Assembly: GCA_963752255.1 (NCBI GenBank)
Contig: CAVVXT010000010.1
Location: forward strand, 32,001 to 96,000
Direction of reading: 5' to 3'
Source of the DNA: Nitrososphaeria archaeon
GTDB taxonomy: Archaea > Thermoproteota > Nitrososphaeria > JACIWG01
DNA: 64,000 nt
Part shown: piece by piece, positions 28,326 through 38,865 of the stretch
How the letters are laid out: every line of letters begins with the position of its first letter
How positions within the stretch are numbered: the first letter of the stretch is position 1
Notes under the pieces: model-generated
Seen by the model: the letters and a program-made list of their open reading frames with translations, nothing else
What the model was told of the DNA's origin: nothing
Database searches by the model: none
Program-made: the position numbers and the translations under genes

Positions 28326-29174
28326 TTAGATTTTCGCCGATACTATATCCCAGAGAGTTTTAATGTCATTTAAACATTGTTCCACAGAATCTTGTGGTGT
28401 TTCTATTATTATAGGAAGGTCTCTGATCTCCTTGACTGATAAGAATGATTTAAATCCTTCTAACCCAATTTTACCCGCTCCTATATGCTCATGTCTATCA
28501 AGGTGATCGTTAAGATCGCCTTTAGAATCGTTTGAGTGGATCATCTTCAGTCTATCTAATCCAATAACGTCTTCAAAATCTTTAATGAAAGAATCGACCT
28601 TTTGTGCAGAACGGATGTCATATCCTGCCGCGAAACCGTGGCATGTATCGTAACATAAACCGATTCGCTTTTGATCTTCCACGAGGCTTAGACAACGTCT
28701 CAATTGTTCAAACGTGTGTCCAACACTGTTTTTCTGGCCTGCGGTATTTTCAAGTAATAACATTGAGTTGCCTTTAGATTCTTTAATAGCTCTATTGCAC
28801 GCGCTGGTTACACGCTCTATTCCCTCCTCTTCTGATGTTCCCATATGGCTACCTAAATGAGTGACAAGGTAAGGGATTCTGAGACAGTGACATTTTTGAA
28901 GCTCTTCAGCTAAAATGTTAACGGATCTTTCATAGTTATTTGCATCTGGTGAAGCTATATTTGGAAGATAGGGCATGTGTGCGATGGGGAAAAGTTTCGT
29001 CCGATTGAGTTCTGAGATAAAATCTTTAAAGTCTTTTTTCTCCAACTTTTTAGCCTTCCATCCTCTTGGGTTCCTTGTAAACATCTGAAAGGCGGTACAG
29101 TTGATTGACCTAGCCCTTTCGAATGCATTACACAACGCGCCTTGAATGGAGACATGAGCGCCTATAAGAGGCAT
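28326..29174 (-). CDS. nfo: Endonuclease IV (AP endonuclease)
   Basis: GAHVS, HMPYLPN, HLGSH, LENTAG, DTCH, HSNDSK, DRHEHIG and IETP. Confidence 0.95.
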   Translation of the reverse strand: MPLIGAHVSIQGALCNAFERARSINCTAFQMFTRNPRGWKAKKLEKKDFKDFISELNRTKLFPIAHMPYLPNIASPDANNYERSVNILAEELQKCHCLRIPYLVTHLGSHMGTSEEEGIERVTSACNRAIKESKGNSMLLLENTAGQKNSVGHTFEQLRRCLSLVEDQKRIGLCYDTCHGFAAGYDIRSAQKVDSFIKDFEDVIGLDRLKMIHSNDSKGDLNDHLDRHEHIGAGKIGLEGFKSFLSVKEIRDLPIIIETPQDSVEQCLNDIKTLWDIVSAKI

Positions 29175-29227
29175 TTTATCACAATAGAGATGTATTCAAA
29201 AATATATAGGTTTTGCAATAGAAAAAA

Positions 29228-30475
29228 TTATGGAAAGTTGCCTGAAAGTTTCATCGCTTCAACAACTCTGTTAATGCTCAGGATGAGCGCAGCTGTTCTC
29301 ATATCGACGTCTTTTGATGATGCAATGTTGTGGACGTCGAGGAAGGCTTCGTGCATCTTCTTTTCTAAACGTTTGTTAACCTCGTCCTCTGTCCAATAAA
29401 AGCGAGACAAGTTTTGCACCCATTCAAAGTAGCTTACTAGTACGCCTCCACCGTTTGCCAAGATATCAGGTACAACGAGAACATCCCTGTCAAATAGGAT
29501 CCTGTCCGCTTCCGGTGTAGTCGGACCATTCGCTCCTTCCACGATTATCTTTGCCTGAACCTTGCCCGCGTTTCCCTTATGTATTTGACCCTCAAGCGCT
29601 GATGGAATTAAGATATCACATGAGATTTCTAAGAGTTCTTCATTTGAGATACTTTTAGAGCCCGGATAGCCTACTACTGAGCCCGTCTTTTCCTTATACT
29701 TTAAAACGTCCGACGGATCCAAGCCTTTTTCACAATATATACCACCCCTCGAATCACTTACAGCTACAATCTTAGAACCGTACTCCTTCGCTATGATCGC
29801 AGCATTTGCACCGACGTTACCAAATCCCTGGACAGCGATTCCTCTTCCAGCCAAACTTTTTCTAGTCAGCTTAGCAGCTTCTTTAGCGATGACCACTGCG
29901 CCTCGTGAGGTGGAAGTTGAACGCCCCAACGAACCCCCTAAGGAGATTGGTTTACCTGTTACAACTGCTGGAACTTGATAGCCTACAATATGACTGTAGG
30001 TGTCCATTATCCAAGCCATAGTCTGAGAATCCGTGTAGACATCTGGTGCAAGGATATCCACATAAGGACCAATAACAGGAGATATCATCATAGTGTACTT
30101 CCTAGTCAGTCTCTCAAGTTCGTCTTTTGACATTTCTTTAGGGTTGCAGGTGACACCCCCCTTTGCACCACCGTATGGAATGTTCAATACAGAGGTCTTC
30201 CACGTCATCCACATTGATAGAGCACGAACTTCGTTAACGTCTACGGTAGGATGGTATCTAATACCGCCTTTGAACGGCCCACGCGCGTCGTTATGTTGGA
30301 TGCGATAGCCTGTAAAAACCTTTACCTGCCCATTATCCATTTTAACTGGGAAACTCACTTGTAATTCTCTCTTGGGTTTACTTAGCATATCTACAGTAGC
30401 TTGGTCAAGGTCGATGTACTTCGCGGCATTCCTCAACTGTTCTTTTGCGATATCGTACGTGTTCAAAAACTTCAC
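29228..30475 (-). CDS. gdhA: Glutamate dehydrogenase
   Basis: RGPFKGGIRYHP, GGAKGG, APDVYT, VTGKP, QGFGNVG, EGANGP and SYFEWVQN. Confidence 0.96.
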   Translation of the reverse strand: MKFLNTYDIAKEQLRNAAKYIDLDQATVDMLSKPKRELQVSFPVKMDNGQVKVFTGYRIQHNDARGPFKGGIRYHPTVDVNEVRALSMWMTWKTSVLNIPYGGAKGGVTCNPKEMSKDELERLTRKYTMMISPVIGPYVDILAPDVYTDSQTMAWIMDTYSHIVGYQVPAVVTGKPISLGGSLGRSTSTSRGAVVIAKEAAKLTRKSLAGRGIAVQGFGNVGANAAIIAKEYGSKIVAVSDSRGGIYCEKGLDPSDVLKYKEKTGSVVGYPGSKSISNEELLEISCDILIPSALEGQIHKGNAGKVQAKIIVEGANGPTTPEADRILFDRDVLVVPDILANGGGVLVSYFEWVQNLSRFYWTEDEVNKRLEKKMHEAFLDVHNIASSKDVDMRTAALILSINRVVEAMKLSGNFP

Positions 30476-30541
30476 TACGATGAAGTTAAAAATGAATGTT
30501 TATAAGTTTTTCTCGCAGAAAGACTTCTTCTTATTGAAACC

Positions 30542-31199
30542 CTATAGTTGACCTATTAGGGGAATGATGTCGGTTAAGCTGGATACAATGCGGTCAGGTC
30601 CTTCATTTCTAAGCTTTTCTATTGGTGTAAACCCGCCTAATACGACAATAGTCTTTACCCCAACAATCTTAGATGGCGTAATATCTATGATTCCATCGCC
30701 TACTGTTACGCATTCCCAAGGTTTCAGTTTAAAAGAATCTAATAGGTAGCGTATCCCAACCGGAGAAGGTTTCATGAATTCTACATCATCACGAGTTAAG
30801 ATGATGTCGAAAAAGTCGGTGATCTGAAACCTGTTTAAAACAAAATTCGCAGCCCTTCTACCGCTGTTCGTTAAAATCGCCAACTTTTTACCGGAATTTC
30901 GAAGCTCGCTCAATACATCAATAGCATTGGGTCTTAATTCAGTTTTACGCGCTGCCTCTTCTTCAAAAGAATTGAGAACACTATAAACGCGCTCTCGAAC
31001 CTTTTTGTAAACAACCTTCTCAGCGGATTCTCTTACTTTATCTAACATCATATGGTAGCTTACCGAGCCGTCTAAGCCCCCATAGGTCAGGTAGAATTGA
31101 TTTGATCACCTTTAGCACTTCGATTTTCGAGCCATGGATGTCTAACTTAAATTCGACTAGTGTTCCATCTAAATCAAAAAAGATGGCTTTAATCATCAT
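30542..31199 (-). CDS. HAD-family phosphatase (phosphoglycolate phosphatase-like), split by one extra base near 31077-31081
   Basis: Upstream frame MMIKAIFFDLDGTLV (motif I) joins ORF 30542..31051 (LTNS, KPSP, VGD..ID) if one base of the C5 run is removed. Confidence 0.85.
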
Positions 31200-31349
31200 C
31201 ACACATCAGAAGGAAAGACTTAAGAATTTTTAAAAAAAATAATGGTAGCCTATTTCTATTCTATATCAATTTGAACGCAAGGGTTTATTAAAACGCTTAA
31301 TTAAGAAGATTTATATAAAGAAATTCGGTTAAAGGCACAAGATGAAAAC

Positions 31350-32786
31350 ATGAGCGGAAAGGTGGATAGCTCAAAATACAAACCTGTTACGCCAAACATT
31401 TTATCCAAACTGGAGGAAATAGTTGGCTCAGAGAATCTCTCTACGAGACCTGAAGAGCTGATCTGTTATGCGCGAGATTCGTCAATATTCGTTTACAAAC
31501 CTGATGTCGTATTGAGACCTAGGACTACAGAGGAGGTGGCCGCTACCTTGATGGTCGCCAATGAAAACCACATACCGGTGACGCCTAGAAGTGGTGGAAC
31601 GAGCGCCTCTGGATCGCCTCTAGCTGTTGGTAAGGGAATCCTTCTCGACATGTCAGGTATGACCAAGATTATTTCGATCAATATCGATAACCAGATGGCT
31701 GTAGTTGAACCCGGAGTCTTATGTGACAACCTGAACGAAGAACTTGCAAAGTCCGGTTTCTTCTTTCCTCCCGACCCGGCTAGCAGCCAAGCCTGCTCAA
31801 TAGGAGGAATGGTCAACACAAATGCTTCAGGAAATAGGACAATAAAATATGGCCCGACTAGAGACTATGTCCTCTGGCTCGAAGTTGTTCTTCCTAATGG
31901 TAAAATAATTGAGACAGGTTCAAAAACACTCAAATCCGTATCGTCTTATGATTTAACCAGACTATTTGTTGCCTCCGAAGGCTCCTTAGGTGTCGTCACC
32001 AAGGTTGCTTTGAAAGTTGTTCCTCTACCGGAAAGCTACTCTACAGCATTCTTCATTTACGAATCAGTTGACGCCCTAGCGCGCGCAGCCCTGAGAATTA
32101 GGAGAGCGGGCATGGTTCCGGAAATGCTTGAATTTATGAGCAGGGCGACGACAAAAGTCACCTTCAACTACGTAGGCATAAAGAGCGTGCCAGACGGAAA
32201 CTTTATGCTGCTGGACTTTGGTGGTGTTCGGGAAGCTGTAGGAGTGCTGTTAGAGAAGGGGGTGACGCTCTGCAGACAAGAGTCTCCTACCTATTTTGAA
32301 ACAACAGTAGATCCAGTCTACAGACAGAGTCTTGTGAACGCTAGGAAGGCGGCCTTCCCTGCGCTCGCTAGACTTAAGCCCACTACGGTTATGGAGGACT
32401 GTACCGTCCCCCCTTCGAGGCTTCCGGAGGCGGCTTCAAGCATCGAAAAGATACCGGAAAAGATAGGTGTCGCTGGATTTGATTTAGGCAATTTTGGTCA
32501 TATAGGAGACGGTAACATGCATCCAACATTTCTATTTGACTCAAGAATAGAGGAGCACCGAAAAGCTTTCCTTCGCGCCTTAGACATACTCTACGAGGAA
32601 ATAGTTTTACCTGTAGGTGGAAGTGTAACAGGGGAGCACGGGATAGGCCTTATAAGGGCCAAATATGTTGGCATCGAACATCCATCAACCGTGTCCCTAA
32701 TGAGAGAATTGAAACGGTTCTTTGACCCAAATCTTATACTTAATCCGGGAAAGGGGAAGGGAGGCCCCTACCCTATAGACGCATGA
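31350..32786 (+). CDS. FAD-linked oxidase/dehydrogenase, GlcD / D-lactate dehydrogenase family
   Basis: PRSGGTS, FPPDPAS, SIGG, SEGSLGVVT, GHIGDGNMH, GEHGIG and DPNLILNPGK. Confidence 0.92.
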   Translation: MSGKVDSSKYKPVTPNILSKLEEIVGSENLSTRPEELICYARDSSIFVYKPDVVLRPRTTEEVAATLMVANENHIPVTPRSGGTSASGSPLAVGKGILLDMSGMTKIISINIDNQMAVVEPGVLCDNLNEELAKSGFFFPPDPASSQACSIGGMVNTNASGNRTIKYGPTRDYVLWLEVVLPNGKIIETGSKTLKSVSSYDLTRLFVASEGSLGVVTKVALKVVPLPESYSTAFFIYESVDALARAALRIRRAGMVPEMLEFMSRATTKVTFNYVGIKSVPDGNFMLLDFGGVREAVGVLLEKGVTLCRQESPTYFETTVDPVYRQSLVNARKAAFPALARLKPTTVMEDCTVPPSRLPEAASSIEKIPEKIGVAGFDLGNFGHIGDGNMHPTFLFDSRIEEHRKAFLRALDILYEEIVLPVGGSVTGEHGIGLIRAKYVGIEHPSTVSLMRELKRFFDPNLILNPGKGKGGPYPIDA

Positions 32787-32798
32787 GATGATGACTAA

Positions 32799-33959
32799 AT
32801 GAACGAAAAACCGTATGTTCTGGAGGACTATCGCGAAGACGTCCAAATGTGCATGTGCTGCGGCTTGTGCCGGAACCTGTGTTCAACTTCTGACCCAACT
32901 GACTGGGAAAGCAACAGTCCTAGAGGAAGAATCCAGATTATAAAAGCCCTATTAGATGGGGAAATCCAGGCAAATTCATATATCGCCGACCGAATCTATG
33001 CCTGTGCGCTTTGTGGATACTGTCTTTGGCGATGCCCTTCGGGTGTGAGAACAACAGATGCTATAAAGGCGGCCAGGGCGGCTCTGATTGAAAACGGAAG
33101 TTACCCGAAAGGTTTGGATAAGTTAGAAGCTGACCTGGTTAAAGACCATAACCCCTTTGGGCTATCAGATCTCTCAAGAGCTGACTGGGTCAAGGTCATA
33201 GGCGCCCAGAATTTGGTCCCATTGAAAGACCAGGCGGAATATATCTACTTTCCAGGCTGTAGTACAGCGATGACAAAAACAGGGATGAAGGTAGCGGCAG
33301 CGACAACGTCAATATTGAATTCAGCGCATCTTGACTGGACGATCCTCGGAAGTGAAGAATGGTGCTGTGGAAGCCCCTTGATTCTTTCTGGTAAAGTTTC
33401 TTTTGCCAGAGACTTTGCAGATCACAATGTGAAAGCAGTTAGAAATGCGAAGGCAACAACTCTGGTTACAAACTGCGCGAAATGCTATCGTACGCTAAGC
33501 CAAGAATATCCAAGACTTGTAGGAGACTTAGGGTTCAAGGTCGTCCACATCTCACAACTCTTAGACAACCTCATCGCTGATGGAAGTCTAAAGCTCAAGG
33601 GAAAACTCCAATTAAAGGTAGCTTACCATGATCCCTGTGAACTTGGAAGGCACATGAAAATTTATGACCCACCGAGGCGCGTATTGAAGGCAATAGATGG
33701 TATAGAACTAAAAGAGTTCCCAAGAAATAGAAATACATCTGCATGCTGTGGAGGCGGAGGCGTTCTAAGATACACTAACCCTGAAATTGCCCTGAAATTG
33801 GGGATCAAAAGATTAAGCGAAATTATGAATTCGGGAGTTGAAGCGATTGTTTCAGCCTGTCCCACATGCGAAATCAACCTTTCCGATGCAGTGGCTAAAG
33901 CCCAACCTGAACTTAGGGTACTTGACATAACTGAAGTTGTAGCAGATGCTCTAAATTAA
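32799..33959 (+). CDS. Fe-S oxidoreductase, GlcF/HdrD-like (two CCG domains)
   Basis: CMCCGLCRNLC, SPRGR, CALCGYCLWRCP, CCG twice and YHDPCELGR. Confidence 0.92.
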   Translation: MNEKPYVLEDYREDVQMCMCCGLCRNLCSTSDPTDWESNSPRGRIQIIKALLDGEIQANSYIADRIYACALCGYCLWRCPSGVRTTDAIKAARAALIENGSYPKGLDKLEADLVKDHNPFGLSDLSRADWVKVIGAQNLVPLKDQAEYIYFPGCSTAMTKTGMKVAAATTSILNSAHLDWTILGSEEWCCGSPLILSGKVSFARDFADHNVKAVRNAKATTLVTNCAKCYRTLSQEYPRLVGDLGFKVVHISQLLDNLIADGSLKLKGKLQLKVAYHDPCELGRHMKIYDPPRRVLKAIDGIELKEFPRNRNTSACCGGGGVLRYTNPEIALKLGIKRLSEIMNSGVEAIVSACPTCEINLSDAVAKAQPELRVLDITEVVADALN

Positions 33960-34095
33960 AGGGAATATGGAACTAACATAACGTATATTTCTTATACATT
34001 ACGTCATTTTACATGCTAATTGCCAACAGGAAGTCTTTGGCACTTTTCAGTCTAGATGGTCCGTTTAGTGATTAACTTTAAAATGTAGATGGCCG

Positions 34096-34773
34096 TCAAT
34101 TCTTTTCTAAGGCATTCCCATCTTCAACTGATACCTTAAGAAATTCGTTCAGCCTCCCATCTGCTTCGCTGATAAAAGACTTTAGCATATCACATGAGAC
34201 AATAGGAACACCGTTAAAGTACTTCTGGCTGGAGGGAAATAGCGTTACAATAACTGGAACTAGCACTGTTCCCTTCTTCAAATTTTTATCAAAAGACAAG
34301 ATAATCTTTGCCCTCGCTATTTGCTTAATCACAGCCGAATTCAGATTAGACGGGCTAAGAATTTTATGCCACTGTTTGCAATCGATAAGAAGTCCATATG
34401 AATTTCTTAATGCCAGAATATCGACCTCAATTCGCGGTCTCTTAAGCCTGTAGTTCTTAAAAGTCTTATACCCAAACTCGGAAAAAATCATTTCGACGAA
34501 GTTCTCAAAATCCTGCCATCTAATAATGTTGAACACCTCATTGAAAGATGCACCGTCCTTTATCGCCTGAATAGCTAGGGAGATGATCGCTCCTTCCTTA
34601 ACCACAACATTCTCCTTCTTATTTTCTAAGAACCCTTGTTCAATAAGTATACCCATGACTTCAAACACTGTCTGGTACGGCACACCAGTCTCCTTCGAAA
34701 TATCTTCTATGGAAAAAGATTCTTTTCTTAAATAAGGTAGCATCTTCAGAAGAGTCTTGGAATTCATGCACAA
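34096..34773 (-). CDS. wHTH plus PD-(D/E)XK nuclease-fold protein (Mrr/NERD-like)
   Basis: N-terminal SIEDISKETGVP HTH; WQDFE...EVDILA...IDCKQW motif. Confidence 0.75.
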   Translation of the reverse strand: MCMNSKTLLKMLPYLRKESFSIEDISKETGVPYQTVFEVMGILIEQGFLENKKENVVVKEGAIISLAIQAIKDGASFNEVFNIIRWQDFENFVEMIFSEFGYKTFKNYRLKRPRIEVDILALRNSYGLLIDCKQWHKILSPSNLNSAVIKQIARAKIILSFDKNLKKGTVLVPVIVTLFPSSQKYFNGVPIVSCDMLKSFISEADGRLNEFLKVSVEDGNALEKN

Positions 34774-34844
34774 GCTAGTAACTTCCGATCTGTTTTAATA
34801 TATTTCTTTAGTTTTTGAATGTTGCATCAAATATTGCTTTATAA

Positions 34845-34985
34845 TCAACCTACTCTGTTAAACAGCAGGGTAACAAGTAAAAGCACAAGAATTATTACTA
34901 TCGCCATCGGTAATAGTGCTCTGAATAACGCTACAGTTAAGGCTATGTAATCCTTGTAATCAGCTTTTACACTTTCAGCCAACAT
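34845..34985 (-). CDS. Small membrane protein (46 aa) at the end of the peptide ABC operon
   Basis: MLAESVKADYKDYIALTVALFRALLPMAIVIILVLLLVTLLFNRVG*; start overlaps the 3' end of the DppF-like gene. Confidence 0.65.
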   Translation of the reverse strand: MLAESVKADYKDYIALTVALFRALLPMAIVIILVLLLVTLLFNRVG

Positions 34986-35926
34986 CTAACCACATGACCG
35001 TTGCCTAGATCTGTATCAGGGGGCATCTTTTCCCTACATATGTCCATGACGTAGAGGCATCTATCTTGGAAGGGACAAGCCTTTACCGGCTCAATTGGGT
35101 TCGGAGGTTCGCCCTTAAGAATTATCTTTTCTCTCTTCAAGGAGGGATCCGGTATTGGAACCGCAGACATTAAAGCTGTAGTGTACGGGTGTTGCGAGTT
35201 ATCGAATAGTTCTTTTGTTGGGGCTCTTTCAACCCAAACACCGCGATACATCACGGTTGTACGATTACTTATGTACTTTATTATGGCCAAATTGTGTGTG
35301 ATCAAAAGGTATGAGTACCTATACTTTTGTTGAAGCTCCTTTAGAAGGCCAAGAACCTGAGCTTGAACGGAAACGTCGAGAGAGGCAGTCGGCTCATCCA
35401 ACACAATAAATTTGGGGTCAACACTCAGTGCACGAGCGATTACAACCCTTTGTCTCTGACCTCCAGAAAGTTCATGAGGATACCTGTAGAGGTGTTCTTC
35501 GCTCATACCGACCCTCTCCATCAGCTTTATGGCGTATTCATATTCGGATCCTTTGCTGATTTGGTGTACCTTCATAACTTCCAGTAGCATATTTTTAACC
35601 GTCATCCTAGGATTCATTGAGGCATAAGGGTCCTGAAACACCATCTGAACTTTCTTTCTATAGTCTTTCAATAAGGCTCCTTTTGCCTTAGCTACGTCTT
35701 CTCCTTCAAAGATTATTTTACCCGAAGTTGCATCATTTAGTTTAACAATTATCCTTCCGACCGTTGTCTTACCACTCCCCGATTCGCCTACAAGCCCATA
35801 GGTTTCACCTTCATTTATATCGAAGGACACATCGTTAACCGCATACACATATCCTATGGTTCTCTGTAGTATGCCACCTAAAATGGGGAAGTGTTTTACA
35901 AGGCCTTCCACTTTCATTATTTCCAT
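34967..35926 (-). CDS. dppF: Oligo/dipeptide ABC transporter ATP-binding subunit (DppF/OppF-like)
   Basis: GESGSGKTT, LSGGQRQR, LDEPT, HPYT and CPFQDRC. Confidence 0.93.
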   Translation of the reverse strand: MEIMKVEGLVKHFPILGGILQRTIGYVYAVNDVSFDINEGETYGLVGESGSGKTTVGRIIVKLNDATSGKIIFEGEDVAKAKGALLKDYRKKVQMVFQDPYASMNPRMTVKNMLLEVMKVHQISKGSEYEYAIKLMERVGMSEEHLYRYPHELSGGQRQRVVIARALSVDPKFIVLDEPTASLDVSVQAQVLGLLKELQQKYRYSYLLITHNLAIIKYISNRTTVMYRGVWVERAPTKELFDNSQHPYTTALMSAVPIPDPSLKREKIILKGEPPNPIEPVKACPFQDRCLYVMDICREKMPPDTDLGNGHVVRCWLKV

Positions 35927-35932
35927 CGTTTA

Positions 35933-36913
35933 TCACCTGATATAAAGGTAACATGCTGTGCTAACTTCATCTTCTGTGTAGTACGGTGGCAATTTTGTTT
36001 TACAGACGTCCATAGCGTAAGGGCACCTTAAGTTAAATGGGCATCCTGTCGGTGGGTTGACAAGGTCAGGCACTGTCCCCGGTATTCCTTCGGGTATGAC
36101 TTCCCTATCGGTTCTTGGGAGCGCTTTAATTAGACCCTTCGTGTAAGGATGTTTTGGATCTAAAAGCACTTTTCCGACAGGACCGATTTCGATCACCCTC
36201 CCCGCATACATTATTGCAACTTTTTGACAGTTTTCAGCTATAACACCCAAGTCGTGGGTTATAAGCAGGACAGATAGGCCTTTTTCCCTTTGCAGTTCCT
36301 TCATAATCTCGAGAACCTGTGCTTGAATAGTGACATCAAGCGCAGTAGTGGCTTCGTCAGCTATTATGAGTTCAGGTCCCATCGAATAAGCCATCGCAAG
36401 TAAAACTCTTTGTTTCATTCCACCACTTAACTCGTGGGGAAACATCTTCATAACTCTGTCAGGGGAAGGCATTTTTACTCTGCGTAACATGTTGATCGCC
36501 TTATCTCTGGCTATCCTTTCTTTTTCTTTACTATCTTTTGCAGCAAGAACATCTGGGTCTTGGTGCTTGAGCACATCTAGAAACTGAGTTTCTATCTTAA
36601 ACACAGGATTCAGATACGTATGAGGATCTTGGAATATTGTAGCTATCTTCCTGCCTCTAACCTTCTGCATTTCCTCTTCCGTAAGGTCGAGCAAATTTAC
36701 TCCATCAAAGACTATCTTACCCGAAACAATATTTGCATTAGAGGGCAGTAGCCTTTGTATGGAAAAAGCCGTTACCGACTTTCCACTTCCGGTCTCACCC
36801 GCAAGTCCGAGGACTTCACCTTTATCGATATTAAATGTAACACCATTTAAAGCGTGCACAGTTCCTCTGTAAGTATGAAATTCAACTATAAGATCCTGTA
36901 CATCGAGTAACAT
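35933..36913 (-). CDS. dppD: Oligo/dipeptide ABC transporter ATP-binding subunit (DppD/OppD-like)
   Basis: GETGSGKS, LSGGMKQR, ADEATTALD and HPYT. Confidence 0.93.
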   Translation of the reverse strand: MLLDVQDLIVEFHTYRGTVHALNGVTFNIDKGEVLGLAGETGSGKSVTAFSIQRLLPSNANIVSGKIVFDGVNLLDLTEEEMQKVRGRKIATIFQDPHTYLNPVFKIETQFLDVLKHQDPDVLAAKDSKEKERIARDKAINMLRRVKMPSPDRVMKMFPHELSGGMKQRVLLAMAYSMGPELIIADEATTALDVTIQAQVLEIMKELQREKGLSVLLITHDLGVIAENCQKVAIMYAGRVIEIGPVGKVLLDPKHPYTKGLIKALPRTDREVIPEGIPGTVPDLVNPPTGCPFNLRCPYAMDVCKTKLPPYYTEDEVSTACYLYIR

Positions 36914-36917
36914 AAAA

Positions 36918-37787
36918 TTACCTCCTCAACCTCGGGTCTAGAATGTCCCTAAGTCCATCTCCAACCAAGTTGAAGCCAAGACACGCAAAGAGAATTGCCA
37001 TTCCTGGAAAGAATATTATCCAAGGTGCTTCCGTCATATATCTTGCCCCTGCTGATGCAAGTGACCCCCATTCTGGAGTAAAGGGCCCGGGGCCGAGGCC
37101 GATAAAGCTCAAAGCGGCTGCAGTTAAGATGACGTTACCGAGGTCCATTGTTAGGATTATGAACATCGGATAAATCGCGTTCGGCAATATGTGATTAAAC
37201 ATTATTCTCCGATTAGAGACGTTAAGTATTTTTGCGGCAGACACATATGGCCTTTCTCTTTCAGAAACGAACTGTCCCCGTATTATCCTAGAATAGCTTG
37301 ACCACCAAACAACTATAAGAGCCAACATTAGGTTAGTAAACGTCCTTCCTAAGACAGCTGATACTGCCATAGCGAGAATGAGTACTGGAAATGCCAGGAA
37401 TATGTCTGTGACTCTCATGATGAATTCGTCTATGGCACCTCCAAAGTAGCCGGATATCGACCCTATAGCAATGCCAATAACAAATGACACTCCAATAACT
37501 GCGAAGGCTATTGTCAGGTCATATCTGGCCGCAAGTATGACCATAGTGTATACATCTCTTCCGTTGTCATCAGTCCCAAAGAGATACCGCCACGAGGGAG
37601 GCTTAAGCGCGTTGTTATAATCAATACTATTTGCGACATTTGGATCGACAATAAAGTTGCCGAATATGGCTAGAAAGATGAAGAATATGACTATAATGAA
37701 TCCGGAGAGAACAAGTTTATTCCTCTTTATTAGTGATAGGGCATATTTAAGATCCATTAGGAACAAACTTGTTTGTTTACTATGCAC
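36918..37787 (-). CDS. dppC: Peptide ABC transporter permease (DppC-like)
   Basis: FGTDDNGRD, HILPN, LSFIGLG, PEWG and GDGLRDILDPR. Confidence 0.93.
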   Translation of the reverse strand: MHSKQTSLFLMDLKYALSLIKRNKLVLSGFIIVIFFIFLAIFGNFIVDPNVANSIDYNNALKPPSWRYLFGTDDNGRDVYTMVILAARYDLTIAFAVIGVSFVIGIAIGSISGYFGGAIDEFIMRVTDIFLAFPVLILAMAVSAVLGRTFTNLMLALIVVWWSSYSRIIRGQFVSERERPYVSAAKILNVSNRRIMFNHILPNAIYPMFIILTMDLGNVILTAAALSFIGLGPGPFTPEWGSLASAGARYMTEAPWIIFFPGMAILFACLGFNLVGDGLRDILDPRLRR

Positions 37788-37797
37788 AACATTCCCC

Positions 37798-38829
37798 TCA
37801 GTACTTTATCCTAGGATCGAGCTCCGCATATAGTATGTCGACCACAAGGTTTACTATAACGTAGACGAAGGCTGCTATGACAACAAATGCTAGTATTGTA
37901 TAAGAGTCATCCGAAGTTACAGCTAAAACCGTCAACTGCCCCATTCCTGGAAAGGCGAATATCGTTTCAGTAATTATGGCTCCACCCAAAAGGCCACCAA
38001 ACATAAGACCACTTATCGTCGTTACAGGAATCAACGCGTTCTTTAGAGCGTACCTATATATTACGACCCTTTCAGATAAGCCGAAAGCTCTAGCCGTCGA
38101 TATGTAATCTTGTCTCATGACTTCTAGCATACTTGATCTTGCAACTCTGGTAATTACACCAATATTCAAAAATGCCAAAGTAATTGCCGGCAGAATCAGG
38201 TGTATAAAGGAGTCGAAGGTAACTGGAAAGTCACCCTGAATCAGTGAATCAAAAATAAAAAGACCGGTTATCCTGTTGAAAGGGTGATTCAGGAGGACGA
38301 TAGGGTCAACCCTACCACTTGAGGGAAAACTTGGAAGGTTGGCGACCTTTGGTAAATATGAAAAACCATATTGCAGCATTAGGGCAAGCCAGAAAACTGG
38401 TATGGATATACCTACGAGCGCGAACACTCGTATTAAATGATCCGTCATCTTGTTGTTCTTGAGCGCGCTTAGTATTCCAAGTGGAATGCCCACCGCCATT
38501 ATTATTATGAATGACATGATAGAAAGTTCTACTGTCGCCGGGAACCTGTAGAAGAGAGCGTCTGTTATAGCCATGTGGGCCACCCTCGACCAACCCCAAT
38601 TAAGGGTTACAAGATCTTCTAAGTATATTAGATACTGAACATAGAACGGTTTGTCAAGCCCAAGACTCCTTTCTATTGCAGGTATGGCTTCTGGTCTAGT
38701 TCTCTCCGTTACATAAGCTCCAAGTGGATTTAATACAATTCTTGATAAATAGAATGTGAGAATTGTTATGCCTAACAAAACAAAAGTTAATAAAATTAGC
38801 CTTCTAAGTGCGTATTCATAAAGCTTCAT
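37798..38829 (-). CDS. dppB: Peptide ABC transporter permease (DppB-like)
   Basis: GLDKP..VQY, FPATVEL, HLILPA, RSSMLEV, ETIFAFPGMG and LDPRI. Confidence 0.93.
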   Translation of the reverse strand: MKLYEYALRRLILLTFVLLGITILTFYLSRIVLNPLGAYVTERTRPEAIPAIERSLGLDKPFYVQYLIYLEDLVTLNWGWSRVAHMAITDALFYRFPATVELSIMSFIIIMAVGIPLGILSALKNNKMTDHLIRVFALVGISIPVFWLALMLQYGFSYLPKVANLPSFPSSGRVDPIVLLNHPFNRITGLFIFDSLIQGDFPVTFDSFIHLILPAITLAFLNIGVITRVARSSMLEVMRQDYISTARAFGLSERVVIYRYALKNALIPVTTISGLMFGGLLGGAIITETIFAFPGMGQLTVLAVTSDDSYTILAFVVIAAFVYVIVNLVVDILYAELDPRIKY

Positions 38830-38865
38830 TATAGGTCATTAAAAAAAGAAAGGGAAAGGGTATTG

